From: Spirochaetia bacterium
Lineage (GTDB): Bacteria > Spirochaetota > Spirochaetia > UBA9216
Direction of reading: 5' to 3'
Assembly (NCBI GenBank): GCA_965140585.1
Contig: OZ223269.1
Location: 1,056,001 to 1,120,000 of the forward strand
Length of the DNA: 64,000 bases
A program made the position numbers and the translations under genes. The notes beneath the pieces are model-generated. The model saw nothing but the letters and a program-made list of their open reading frames with translations, ran no database searches and had not been told where the DNA came from. Positions 21,463-31,518 of the stretch are shown in pieces; the first letter of the stretch is position 1; the number at the start of each line of letters is the position of its first letter.

Positions 21463-22006
21463 TTTCCATCTCCAGTCCGCTTAACGGTTCAAGCGAATAT
21501 CCGGACTCTCTTAGCCGGTTCAGATATGTTTGACTATCTATATATTTACCCTGATAAAAACTGCATACCGCTGCAAGATATATCAAAACAGGATCTGCTT
21601 CTGCAATTTTGAAAGCTCTGTCAAGCTGCTGTTGAGCTTTTACATAGTCTCTTTTTTTAATATCAGCTTCAATTGCACTTTTTAAGAAACTTAATGATGA
21701 CATTTTAAGATACATGACCTGTTTGGGATCGAAGAAATCAATATCGGTTTCTATTGTCTCAAAACCGGCTTTTGTAATGCTTACATGATATTTTCCTGAA
21801 TCAAGATCCGGAATAATAAATCGCCCGTCAATATCTGAAGTATATTCTTTATCACTATTAACTGTAACCAACGCTCCTGTGACAGGATTATTATAATTAT
21901 CAAATATGATTCCGGCTAAATTTGCTGGAAAAAAGTTCTTTGGTGCAGATGCACATCCAGTTAAGACGGAAATTAAAATGAGAATTATAATATTTAACTT
22001 TTTCAT
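21437..22006 (-). CDS. Lipoprotein with carboxypeptidase-regulatory-like domain and TPR (possible pilotin role)
   Basis: Lipobox LTG-C; GIIFDNYNNPVTGALV...SDIDGRF...GKYHVSITKAGF; helical TPR-like C-terminus. Confidence 0.65.
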   Translation of the reverse strand: MKKLNIIILILISVLTGCASAPKNFFPANLAGIIFDNYNNPVTGALVTVNSDKEYTSDIDGRFIIPDLDSGKYHVSITKAGFETIETDIDFFDPKQVMYLKMSSLSFLKSAIEADIKKRDYVKAQQQLDRAFKIAEADPVLIYLAAVCSFYQGKYIDSQTYLNRLRESGYSLEPLSGLEMEIEKVLSSK

Positions 22007-22569
22007 TATTTTCTCCCTGTAAAAGAATCGCTGATGATAAAGTTTATCATCAATGCCAAACTGTAATTATTTTTTTCAGAATTATAGCCTAGAGACATCT
22101 GAGCAATATCAATTTTCTTTTGGTATTCATAAAGAAACTGAAGGTATTCCAGTATTTCGTTAATTTTGCCTTCAACGGAAATGTTTATACGTTCAGGATC
22201 TGTAGACTCATTTGTGTTGTAGTTATTTACAATCACTCTTCGATTTTCTGCAGCATCGATGATTAGATTGCAAAACTCATAAAATTTTATATTATCCTCA
22301 TAAAAAAGAGATGTTACAATTTCATTATATCTGTTTTCAGCGTATTCAAATTCTTTAGACAATTTGATGTATTCAGTTTGAAGATCTGACAAGCTGCAAG
22401 TATTTTCCAATTGGGATATTCTGTTGCGACTGCTTTTTATACCGTTTAGATTCCATCCGATAAACAGTATTATCGGGATAAGCAGGGTTAACAAAAGAAT
22501 TCTCAACAGTATTTTTCTATCTCTATACATTAAAATGTCCTGATAATGAAAATCTGAAACCATTATCAT
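22006..22569 (-). CDS. GspM/PilO-like assembly platform protein
   Basis: Single TM, coiled coil, C-terminal INISVEG...ILEYL ferredoxin-like pattern; operon position. Confidence 0.55.
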   Translation of the reverse strand: MIMVSDFHYQDILMYRDRKILLRILLLTLLIPIILFIGWNLNGIKSSRNRISQLENTCSLSDLQTEYIKLSKEFEYAENRYNEIVTSLFYEDNIKFYEFCNLIIDAAENRRVIVNNYNTNESTDPERINISVEGKINEILEYLQFLYEYQKKIDIAQMSLGYNSEKNNYSLALMINFIISDSFTGRK

Positions 22570-23494
22570 TTTCCTGTATCCTCTGAATACTTACATCTGA
22601 AAACAAATTGTTTTTGGATAGACGATCGGATATAACAATCGGGCTTTCACTCTCAGCTTCAACTGAAAAAGTATTTTTTTGAATCGAAATCCTTCTAATT
22701 TTCAAATCATCTCCGACAGTCTCATAGATAGCAATTAATAAACTATAAGGATTGCCGATATCTTCGATACTAAGCGTATCAATTGATGACCGGACTTCCA
22801 AAATCTTTTTTTCAATTTCTGTATTACGATTCTGAAATTGAATAATCTGATTTTGAACGGCAATACGTTTAGAAACTTCATAATCGAGAAGCACTGAATA
22901 TCTGTAACTTGCCCCTCCGATTAGAAAAAGGAGAAGTGCTGTAATAATATAAAAAGAACGAAAACTTACAGCTCTGCTGTCTCTGATCTTTTTGAAACGA
23001 TGGAATTCAGAAAACCGGGGCAGCTTATAAATGTGACCTGGCTCAACTTTAGGAAAATCATAACTCTCCTTTCCATCAATAAATAACCAGCCGGTAATAA
23101 TACCTGGATTTAACAAATCAGGATCATGATAATCTGTCAACATAGATCGAACAGGCGCATTGTCCTTGAATATGATTTTTTCTATAACCTTATCATTTGA
23201 TATACAAAGGATATCAATATCAATTAATTTTACTGATAAATCATGCAGTAGAAAAACAGGAACAAAGGGTTTTTTACTACCGAAATTAATTCCTGTATCC
23301 TTTGTGATAAAAACAATTATTGCCGTTTTCTGATTATACAATCGGTAGGTGTACTCATATGCCCCGTTGTTTCCAGGATAAATTGAATGTATCTTCGAGT
23401 CTATATATTGTTCAGGAGATAAGTTATCTCTGTTCTCCGGGATTTCCAGAAACCGTACATCATAGTCTTCCCTGGATAAAACTTTCTCAGGCAT
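22523..23494 (-). CDS. GspL/PilN-like assembly platform protein
   Basis: Cytoplasmic N-domain, central TM, coiled coil, FSDVSI...FRFSLS C-terminal domain; follows gspG. Confidence 0.55.
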   Translation of the reverse strand: MPEKVLSREDYDVRFLEIPENRDNLSPEQYIDSKIHSIYPGNNGAYEYTYRLYNQKTAIIVFITKDTGINFGSKKPFVPVFLLHDLSVKLIDIDILCISNDKVIEKIIFKDNAPVRSMLTDYHDPDLLNPGIITGWLFIDGKESYDFPKVEPGHIYKLPRFSEFHRFKKIRDSRAVSFRSFYIITALLLFLIGGASYRYSVLLDYEVSKRIAVQNQIIQFQNRNTEIEKKILEVRSSIDTLSIEDIGNPYSLLIAIYETVGDDLKIRRISIQKNTFSVEAESESPIVISDRLSKNNLFSDVSIQRIQENDNGFRFSLSGHFNV

Positions 23495-23934
23495 CAGTTG
23501 TCCCAGGATGTGATATCCTTTTCAAGATTCTCTCCGCCTTCAAGACCGTCCGCACCAAACGATCTTATACCGAAGGGCAGTCCGTTCGGCCCGGGAACTG
23601 TGTATTCGAACTTGTTGCCCCATGGATCATCCGGAACTTCCTTTTCGAGATAAGGACCATTCCAGTCTTCCGGTACAGGTGAGATATTGGTCTTTTTCCA
23701 AAGCGCATCAAGGCCCTGGTCCTGTGTAGGGAACTGTCTGTTATCAAAAAAATAAGAGTTAAGTGCAAGACTCAGGTTTTCAATCTGAGTTCTGGCAGTT
23801 ACGATTTTAGCCTTGTCAATATATTTAAATGCTATAAACCCGACTGAACTTGTTAAGATCAGCACTATCGCTATAACAATGAGTGTTTCAACAAAGGTCC
23901 AGCCTTCTTCAAGTTTTTTCTTTATGTCTTTCAT
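23494..23934 (-). CDS. gspG: Type II secretion major pseudopilin
   Basis: EEG|WTFVETLIVIAI; FPTQDQGLDAL, WNGPYL, DPWGNKFEY, SFGADGLEGG. Confidence 0.93.
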   Translation of the reverse strand: MKDIKKKLEEGWTFVETLIVIAIVLILTSSVGFIAFKYIDKAKIVTARTQIENLSLALNSYFFDNRQFPTQDQGLDALWKKTNISPVPEDWNGPYLEKEVPDDPWGNKFEYTVPGPNGLPFGIRSFGADGLEGGENLEKDITSWDN

Positions 23935-23953
23935 TACTACTCCTGAAGTTTTA

Positions 23954-25006
23954 TTATGCTATTGTTCCGAACAGGGAAAACAGCGGTACAATGAAATTGA
24001 GTATGAGATAAATTATTATTGCTCCTACTATCACAGTCAGCAGAGGTTCTATAATCCCAAGAAGCCTTGTAGTGAGATTTTCAATCTCTGATTCATAATA
24101 AATCCGAAGCTGTGCAAATACATGCTCAGTCTGACCGGTATTTTCCCCAATACCTATCCACTGAATCATTCGAGGCGGAATTTCCCTGTGAACCGAGAAT
24201 GCCTTGTATAAACCGCGGCCGGAAACCAGCTCCTTATTAACTAAACGGAAAATTTCTTTAAGTGCTTCATTGCTGCAGACTTCCTTTGCTTCCAGGACTG
24301 CAGAAGAGAGTGGAATTCCATGTTTTGTCAGGGTTTCAACAGCAAAGGAAAAATTGAAAATATCTATCGTCTTAATTATATTCGATAGAACAGGGATCTT
24401 TATAAGAAGGCCGTCTGTTGTCCGTTTAAAACCTTCAACATTCTTACGTGTGAAAATTGCAGAGATAAATAGAATAATAAACAAAATAAAAACAGTCCCG
24501 GCAATCTGGAGCCCGGTTATCTTTGCCTGGAAAGATTCGAGCTGCGAACTGTTTCCGGCTATCTCACTGAAAAGCTCTTCGATTTTCGGAATTCCCAGAA
24601 TCATCAGAAAGAAAAGCCCGGTAAACAACATCACAAGTATCATTAAGGGATATATTGATGCATTAATAAACTTGTCATGGACTTTTTTGTTTCTTTCCAG
24701 ATAGGTTTTCAAAGTAGGCAATATGGTAGATAAAGAACCTATTCGATCTCCGATATTTATCAGTCCACTGTATAAGGGAGGCAGAACATAAACACCTTTA
24801 TCAAGCAAACCCGAAAGTGAGTTTCCTTTTTTCAATCCTTCTTCAAGGTAGGTTGTAAGATGCTTTAGTTTATTGCCTGTAGTGAAGCTATTAATCATCT
24901 GTATTGAATTATAAACTGATAGACCGGAGTTCAACAGAAGAGAGAGATTTGATGTAAAATCAAGAAGCTCTTTTGTTTTCAGCTGCCTGTAATTCCGCTT
25001 AATCAT
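23954..25006 (-). CDS. gspF: Type II secretion inner-membrane platform protein F
   Basis: LSLLLNSGL, IGDRIGSL, SIYP, GENTG, IEPLL duplicated T2SSF domains. Confidence 0.88.
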   Translation of the reverse strand: MIKRNYRQLKTKELLDFTSNLSLLLNSGLSVYNSIQMINSFTTGNKLKHLTTYLEEGLKKGNSLSGLLDKGVYVLPPLYSGLINIGDRIGSLSTILPTLKTYLERNKKVHDKFINASIYPLMILVMLFTGLFFLMILGIPKIEELFSEIAGNSSQLESFQAKITGLQIAGTVFILFIILFISAIFTRKNVEGFKRTTDGLLIKIPVLSNIIKTIDIFNFSFAVETLTKHGIPLSSAVLEAKEVCSNEALKEIFRLVNKELVSGRGLYKAFSVHREIPPRMIQWIGIGENTGQTEHVFAQLRIYYESEIENLTTRLLGIIEPLLTVIVGAIIIYLILNFIVPLFSLFGTIA

Positions 25007-26472
25007 ATAACTCTCTCAATTTCTGCGAGGTCAGTGACACCATCAATGGTCTTCTGCAAGCCATTTTTAAACAGCACAGAATATTTTTCTTTTTCTAGTT
25101 GTGCTGCCAGAATATTATTAGGTGAGTTTTTTACTATTAACTCTTCGAGTTCCGGAGATTTTACAAAACATTCTGCAACTGTTGTACGTCCGGAATATCC
25201 TGTGAAGCTGCACTCCGGACATCCCTGATGGTGAAAGCCCGATTCGGTTTCAAGTCCGTATTGTGCATAAATAGATTTTTCTGCTGTAGAGAGTTTTATT
25301 TCTTTCCTGCAGGCTGGGCATAAAACCCTGACAAGCCTCTGAGCAACTGCACCGCGTAGAATTGCCGCGAGCAGGTATGATTCTACTCCCATATTTATAA
25401 GACGATGTACAGATGACACTGCGTCATTTGTATGAAGAGACGAGAGCACAAGATGCCCTGTGAGAGCTGCTCGAACGGCAAGCTGTGCTGTATCGGAATC
25501 CCTTATTTCTCCAACCATAATAATATTCGGATCCTGCCGTAAAACACGTCTGAGCAGGGAATGGAAGGTCAGTCTGATTTCATCGTTCGTCTGAATCTGA
25601 TTAACTCCGTCTATACTGTATTCTACAGGATCCTCAATAGTAACAATTTTATTTGACTGATGATCAAGGTTACGAATAATAGCATTCAGACTGGTCGTTT
25701 TACCGGAACCTGTTGGACCGGTGAACAGTACAAGACCATGCGGCTGATTATAAAGGTGAACAATGTTCTTCTTTACAGATTCGGAAAAACCAAGTTCATC
25801 AATACCAAGAAGTGACCCTTTCCGGTTGAAAAGGCGGAGCACTATCGATTCTCCTCCTGTGATGGGAACAATTGAAAGCCTCATGTCCAGTTCAACCCCG
25901 GCTATACTGACTGAGATTCGGCCGTCCTGTGGCAGCCTTCTTTCCATAATGTTCAAATCTGCCATTATCTTAATACGGCTTGAAACAGGAGAGAAAAATG
26001 CAGCATCGTATTCCATGGCCTGAACCAGCACACCATCTATACGGTAGCGTATTGACAGTCTGTCTGTACGGCCCTCAATATGAATATCTGAAGCCTTTTT
26101 TCGAATGGCTTCAATAAATATAGAGTTGACCAGGTTTATGATTGGAGCATCATCAGTAAAAGTATCTATCTCAATATGCATATCCGGACCGGAAGACGCT
26201 TGATAAGCGTCTGCGCCGGATAGTGCCCGGCCCAAATAAATTGTAAAATCTTCTGGCTCAATCTCAATAAACTCAACAGCTCCACGGTGAAAATCTATTA
26301 TTTCATCAATCAGCTCCTGACTGTACGGATAACATATCCCTGTAATTGATATTCCGTTTTCATTAAGGCCAAGCTTGAGAACTTTATTTTTCTCCATGAA
26401 CTTAACTGCATACTGTTCATTAATAGGCGGGAGGGGTTCGTAATCTTTAATTGCGGCTTTCGGGATGTTCAT
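25003..26472 (-). CDS. gspE: Type II secretion ATPase
   Basis: ASDIHIE, RLPQDGR, TGPTGSGKTTSL, TIEDPVE, LRQDPNIIMVGEIRD, GHLVLSSLHTND, tetra-Cys motif. Confidence 0.93.
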   Translation of the reverse strand: MNIPKAAIKDYEPLPPINEQYAVKFMEKNKVLKLGLNENGISITGICYPYSQELIDEIIDFHRGAVEFIEIEPEDFTIYLGRALSGADAYQASSGPDMHIEIDTFTDDAPIINLVNSIFIEAIRKKASDIHIEGRTDRLSIRYRIDGVLVQAMEYDAAFFSPVSSRIKIMADLNIMERRLPQDGRISVSIAGVELDMRLSIVPITGGESIVLRLFNRKGSLLGIDELGFSESVKKNIVHLYNQPHGLVLFTGPTGSGKTTSLNAIIRNLDHQSNKIVTIEDPVEYSIDGVNQIQTNDEIRLTFHSLLRRVLRQDPNIIMVGEIRDSDTAQLAVRAALTGHLVLSSLHTNDAVSSVHRLINMGVESYLLAAILRGAVAQRLVRVLCPACRKEIKLSTAEKSIYAQYGLETESGFHHQGCPECSFTGYSGRTTVAECFVKSPELEELIVKNSPNNILAAQLEKEKYSVLFKNGLQKTIDGVTDLAEIERVI

Positions 26473-28640
26473 GATTTCGGGAAAAACTCTTTTGACAGTC
26501 TTGTAATTTCTTCTTCTACCGACAGAGCCGAATCAACTGCAGTCTCTTCTTCAAGATAGGGAACCAGGTAAACTACAAACTCGGTATTTTCTTCGGTATC
26601 ACTGATCTTCCTGAATAAAAAGCCGATAAGCGGAATATCTCCAAGAATTGGGACTTTTGATACGGATTCGGTTACTTCCTTCTGCATCAAACCACCGATT
26701 ACAATGGGTTTTCCCGATGGTGTGCGTAAGTGGGTATTTATAATTCTTTCTGTTGTAGGAGGAAGCTCGTCTTCGCTGCTTTCACTGTCGCTTTCCTTTG
26801 AAATAGTCGATTCGACTTCCATAGTGATCATATTATCACCGGAGACCCATCCGGTTATTTCCATAAAAAGTCCTGTTGAGATCTCGCTTGTAACACCTGT
26901 GTATGTAATATCTCCGTCATCATCAACTTCCGGTTCACGGTAACGGTAGGTTGAGCTGTTCTGAAAACTGACTGTCTGGCCGGATAGTCCATGCAGAGTA
27001 GTATCAGCCATTACCTCGGCTGTGCTGTTGCTCAGTTTTGTATCCAGCTCAACAGCAAACAGATATCCAAATGTAGAAAGGATATCAAAATCAAGCGACA
27101 GCAGATTACCTACAGTTCCAAGAAAAGCTGATTCACTGTCATCCTTGGATGCCGAATTAGATACGCTGATGCCGAAATCAAGCCCCTTGCTCTTTTGGTA
27201 CTGAATTATCATAAGCTTGTATCTAAGCTGGGGAGCCGGAACATCAATTTCTGCAACCAGTGATTTTAGATATTCCAACCTTGAACTGCTTCCGATAAAA
27301 TATACGGACGACATGCTGCCGGTGTCCTTGAAATCATCAGTGGTAAACGGGGGAGGCGGGTTGCCAAGAAAATCTTCGGCCTTCAGATACTTGAAAGTCA
27401 GTACATGTGATTCCCTGGGAACATCCATTGCTGCAAGCAGTCCTTCAACTTCGATTTTCTGCTGAGCAGTATAAAATCCCAAAAACGAATGCGCATCCTT
27501 CAATACAATAGGCTGGGGCGCCTTAAGCCTCTGCGGGAAAGCCTCAATTGCTGTCGAGGGTTCCATAAAATCCAGGGTAAAGGTATAGTACTCTTTGTCG
27601 GTCTGGGGCTTGTCTATTGCCTTTAAGTAGTCTTTGAGCGGTCTTAATTCTTCAAGGCTTCCGCTTAGGATAAGAGAATTCCTGTCCTTATCGATTTTGT
27701 AGAAATTGCTGGAGCTTAGAAGATTAGGCAGCAGGGATGGCACATCCTCAGCCGAGATGTATTTTAGAGTATAGTACTCGGAAAGCTTGTACTGCTTAAG
27801 AATATCCTGACGGTTTATGTCGAAAAGATAGTATATTTCATTATTTACAGTGTAATCACCGCCGGTCTGCACAAGAAGAAGCCGCAGAAGTTCATCAAAA
27901 CTTTTATCTGTATATTCAAGATCCTTCAGTGACGCGGATGATTTAAAAAGCAGGACGTATTCTTTGTCCGCTTTTTTAAATAGTTCGTCGATGACGGAGA
28001 GTAAATCTCCGCGGTCTAAGTTCAGGTAGTAACTGTTATCACCGGCAACAGTTATAGACTCCTGCTCGGCCTTTCCAGTTCCTGAGCTTTGGGTGTCCAG
28101 CTCTCTTTTTATATAAAAGTAATCGTTATCTACATACAGGGAATAATCAGAAAAACGGGAAGTTATCATAGCAAGAAAACTTTCCGGAGTTATTTCTACA
28201 CTGTTAAGAGTCAGCCTGTCTGAGGGCAGGGGATCGAATAAAATGGTTTTCCCGATGATTTTAGACGCTTCCTGTAAAATATTAAAAAGATTTGCATCAA
28301 TAGTCCTGATTGAAAACAAACCTGTTTCAGATATATAAACTGCATCTATTCTTGATATCGAATAAATTTTATCACCAATCTTTTTATAAAAGAAACCGTA
28401 TTTTTTACTGAGACTGTCAAGAGCTTCCTCAAAAGTTGTATCCGAGAATCGGTATGTGACCGTTCCTGTTACAGTATCATCCGGAAGTATTGAATAGCCG
28501 GCAGTTGAACCAAGGGCGATGAGAACATCAGCCAAAGGTTTGTTTTTAAACTCTATGCTTTTAATTATCTCATCTGCATAGATGTGATACTGTGTAAAGA
28601 TAATAAGGATCATACTAATCAGGCACAATCTAATTTTCAT
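26469..28640 (-). CDS. gspD: Secretin (type II secretion outer-membrane channel)
   Basis: Signal peptide, repeated N domains, C-terminal SGKPIVIGGLM...KVPILGDIPLIGFLF...TEFVVYLVP. Confidence 0.88.
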   Translation of the reverse strand: MKIRLCLISMILIIFTQYHIYADEIIKSIEFKNKPLADVLIALGSTAGYSILPDDTVTGTVTYRFSDTTFEEALDSLSKKYGFFYKKIGDKIYSISRIDAVYISETGLFSIRTIDANLFNILQEASKIIGKTILFDPLPSDRLTLNSVEITPESFLAMITSRFSDYSLYVDNDYFYIKRELDTQSSGTGKAEQESITVAGDNSYYLNLDRGDLLSVIDELFKKADKEYVLLFKSSASLKDLEYTDKSFDELLRLLLVQTGGDYTVNNEIYYLFDINRQDILKQYKLSEYYTLKYISAEDVPSLLPNLLSSSNFYKIDKDRNSLILSGSLEELRPLKDYLKAIDKPQTDKEYYTFTLDFMEPSTAIEAFPQRLKAPQPIVLKDAHSFLGFYTAQQKIEVEGLLAAMDVPRESHVLTFKYLKAEDFLGNPPPPFTTDDFKDTGSMSSVYFIGSSSRLEYLKSLVAEIDVPAPQLRYKLMIIQYQKSKGLDFGISVSNSASKDDSESAFLGTVGNLLSLDFDILSTFGYLFAVELDTKLSNSTAEVMADTTLHGLSGQTVSFQNSSTYRYREPEVDDDGDITYTGVTSEISTGLFMEITGWVSGDNMITMEVESTISKESDSESSEDELPPTTERIINTHLRTPSGKPIVIGGLMQKEVTESVSKVPILGDIPLIGFLFRKISDTEENTEFVVYLVPYLEEETAVDSALSVEEEITRLSKEFFPKS

Positions 28641-28734
28641 CAGCTATTTCCTGCAAATTTCTTTTATTTGATATGCTCGCTGAAAAGTGAAAACGCTGAT
28701 TTGTTCGAATTACTTCAGATTTGCTGAATAATTT

Positions 28735-29151
28735 CTATATAATTAGAAAAACTATTGTAGGAATGGATAAAAAGGGTGCGAAAGCGATTCTTTTTTGTTT
28801 GATTTCTTTTTTAAATATCAAGTATAGAATTGCCATATATACAAGTGCAATAACACTTGCGGATAGAAGAATTATCAGCCAAATACGAATCCCATGAAGA
28901 ACTGCTATAGAAGCAGAAAGAATTGCATCTCCAAGACCGAGGTTTCCGGAAGTTAATATGTGAATTACTATGAAAAAGAGAAAACCAGTTAGAACATTTA
29001 GAATAATGAAAAACTCATTACTTTTCATCATAACTTTTTCTGAAATAACAATACTTAGCAGGAGTATGTTTAACACAAGCGGGATCTTGTAAGTTAAGTA
29101 ATCAATTACTGAAATCATTAAGAGAATAAAAATTAAAATAACTTTTGCCAT
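28735..29151 (-). CDS. Prepilin peptidase (A24 domain only)
   Basis: SVIDYLTYKIP, LGLGDA, IAFAPFL; no N-terminal Cys/Zn domain. Confidence 0.82.
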   Translation of the reverse strand: MAKVILIFILLMISVIDYLTYKIPLVLNILLLSIVISEKVMMKSNEFFIILNVLTGFLFFIVIHILTSGNLGLGDAILSASIAVLHGIRIWLIILLSASVIALVYMAILYLIFKKEIKQKRIAFAPFLSIPTIVFLII

Positions 29152-29226
29152 TCATTATTAAAACAACAAAATAGCTTTTTAAATTCATTTTTTAGCGATT
29201 TATAAATCCAGCATAGTATGACTAAA

Positions 29227-29580
29227 TTAAATGAAACGCCCTGGAGATACCTGAAATATTTCAGCAAGTTTGTGAGCGGTTGATTTACTAATGCCTCTTG
29301 AACCGTTTTCCATTGCGGAAACATTCTGCTTAACCATTCCAAGCTTTTCAGCCAGCTCAGGCTGACTCATTCCAGCTCTTTTTCTATACCGCTTGAGGGT
29401 ATTACCAGGCTCTGTTTTGTTTTTCTTATTCTGATACCAACTGGTTTCTGAAATATCAATAAGTTCTTCATCATCGATTACTTCAACGTTTTTATAGTGA
29501 TTCTGGAGGAAGTTTAAGAGTTCTTCCGAAATTATATCTGCTGAAATTTCAATATGGGGCTTTTTCACGACTGCCAACAT
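29227..29580 (-). CDS. XRE-family HTH protein (antitoxin-like), no cognate toxin seen
   Basis: PGNTLKRYRKRAGMSQPELAEKLG...VSAMENGSRGIS; GGAGG RBS. Confidence 0.85.
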   Translation of the reverse strand: MLAVVKKPHIEISADIISEELLNFLQNHYKNVEVIDDEELIDISETSWYQNKKNKTEPGNTLKRYRKRAGMSQPELAEKLGMVKQNVSAMENGSRGISKSTAHKLAEIFQVSPGRFI

Positions 29581-30282
29581 AATAAACCTCCAATTCCATA
29601 TAATAAATTAGTTTATATTCAGATAGATTCAGAAAATTTTCTCATCTTGGAAGTATTTACAGAGGCATCTTATGGAGATATAGGGGTTCTGGTTACAAAT
29701 CCTGAAAATCCTATAAAGGGTAGAATATATCTTTTTGCGCATCAGTATGCTCAGGATCACGATACAGATGGTGTAACGAAATATTACAACAATCATGATG
29801 AGTTACACTTTTTAGATTTAAATGGCAATGAGATAACAACAATGCCAAGTAGTTATAGTAACGCAGGATATGTAGAGGCTGGTGACTGGATAGGTTTAAT
29901 GGGCGGAAACGGTGGTTTTAAGCCGCATATCCATATGGAAGTCTATGAGTACTTTGATGAAGTTGTAGAAAAACACAGCGGTTTGGTGAATGGAACACCT
30001 TTTAACGAAATAGTTACAGTAATTAATGAAAATATCGGTGTTACTACAGCAATCGAAAATGTAGAGAAGAGTATAAATTGGCAGAGAGTTGATCCTAGAA
30101 CAGTATTCATACAGGATTTATTTATTGACAATGACAGTTTTGCAAATGATACTGCAGCAATAATTAAACAGTTAAATGAGCATGATGAATACTGGCCGAA
30201 CACAACAATCGATAAAGAAAACAAGTACAGACAATTCTTCAAACCTTGGGAAAAATGGACGAAGATTACAGGAGCTGAGTAA
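29554..30282 (+). pseudogene. Orphan, probably 5'-truncated M23-peptidase-like toxin tip
   Basis: YLFAHQ, VEAGDWIGLMGGNG, PHIHMEV (HxH), VDP; the ORF start overlaps the opposite-strand HTH gene, and there is no signal peptide or upstream HxxxD. Confidence 0.6.
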
Positions 30283-30284
30283 GA

Positions 30285-31427
30285 ATGAAGAAAATCTATA
30301 TAATTTTATTATTAACAATCAATATTGGTTTAAACATTTATGCAGAACCGCCTGTTATTGAGCTCGAAACAGAAAGTCTATCATCTATGAATGTATATTC
30401 TTTTGATAATTACTGGTTTGAAAATCATTATGTTTATCTATCCGGAAGTGGTGGTAGCCGTTTTAAGAATGTACAGACTTTTGAAGAAGGTTTTTTTGAT
30501 TCAACAAAAGAGATAAAGACAATTCTTGGAACTTATGGAGATAATTTTTTAGTCTCAAGAAATAAACAAGACCAAAGTAATAAATATTTAGATGAAAATG
30601 GTTTTATTGATATATATATCTACAATCCAAGAGAAGATTCATATAAGCAGTTAGATAAAATAGTAGGTGGTACGGCAAAAAGTGATATAAAATATCTGTT
30701 CCATTATCATGATGAGTATTTACTATGCACAAGATCCACCGATGGCACCTATGATTATGGAAGACAAGTATTGATAAATTACGAAACCGGTGAAGAAATG
30801 TTCCTTCCCCCCGGAGGTCTAATGGTAGATCTTTCACCCGACAAATTGACAGGGTTGTACTATCGTCGTAATGAGAGAGAATATCAAATTAAAAAAATTG
30901 GAGAGCGAGGGTCTGTGTTGGGTACTTATAATAATTTAATAAGTGATGACAGGAATTCTTTTTTTATAACAAATGATTTATTTGCATTACAATTTAATGA
31001 AGATCTTAGAATCTTTAATATGAATTGTCAATTACAAGTAACTTTCAAATACCTCATACCTAAAGGTACAAACTTAAATCCAATACATTTCAAAAAGTTT
31101 CGAAATTCCCAATATGGGTATTTTGGTCCTGATTATACACTTGTAAAAGCACCAGATATTTATCCTTACCTCGACGAACTTGGTCTCTTGTTCCACCCAA
31201 CTACTGCAACCTTGAACGATGACCGCGTCCGCATGCGCGAATGGCCCCTGCTTGACGCACAGCACGTAGCCTTCCTTAAACAGGACGAAGAAGTAGAAGT
31301 CCTCGACCGCAGTGGCATAAAAGTTCAGATAGACGACATGAACGACTACTGGTACAAAGTAAAACGCTCAGACGGTACAGAAGGATGGACATACGGCTAC
31401 TTCCTCGATTTAGCCGAAGAAGAATAA
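30285..31427 (+). CDS. Exported protein with C-terminal SH3 domain; putative immunity protein of the orphan tip
   Basis: Signal peptide; LNDDRVRMREWP...YWYKVKRSDGTEGWTYGYFL; starts 2 nt after the tip ORF. Confidence 0.65.
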   Translation: MKKIYIILLLTINIGLNIYAEPPVIELETESLSSMNVYSFDNYWFENHYVYLSGSGGSRFKNVQTFEEGFFDSTKEIKTILGTYGDNFLVSRNKQDQSNKYLDENGFIDIYIYNPREDSYKQLDKIVGGTAKSDIKYLFHYHDEYLLCTRSTDGTYDYGRQVLINYETGEEMFLPPGGLMVDLSPDKLTGLYYRRNEREYQIKKIGERGSVLGTYNNLISDDRNSFFITNDLFALQFNEDLRIFNMNCQLQVTFKYLIPKGTNLNPIHFKKFRNSQYGYFGPDYTLVKAPDIYPYLDELGLLFHPTTATLNDDRVRMREWPLLDAQHVAFLKQDEEVEVLDRSGIKVQIDDMNDYWYKVKRSDGTEGWTYGYFLDLAEEE

Positions 31428-31432
31428 TTACA

Positions 31433-31458
31433 GCGCAGGGTAAGAAGCCCTGCGTTTT
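31433..31458 (+). terminator. Intrinsic terminator
   Basis: GCGCAGGG-taagaag-CCCTGCGT followed by T residues. Confidence 0.6.
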
Positions 31459-31518
31459 GTTTATTATAACGAAATAACAGTTCATTGATAATTAAGAGAA
31501 GGACACCCTCCGGTGTAA

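Noticed and set aside
19149-29151. Type IV pilus or competence pilus interpretation of the cluster
   Set aside because: No PilT retraction ATPase or PilM is seen, and the major pilin has GspG-specific motifs; T2SS fits better, although it is not proven
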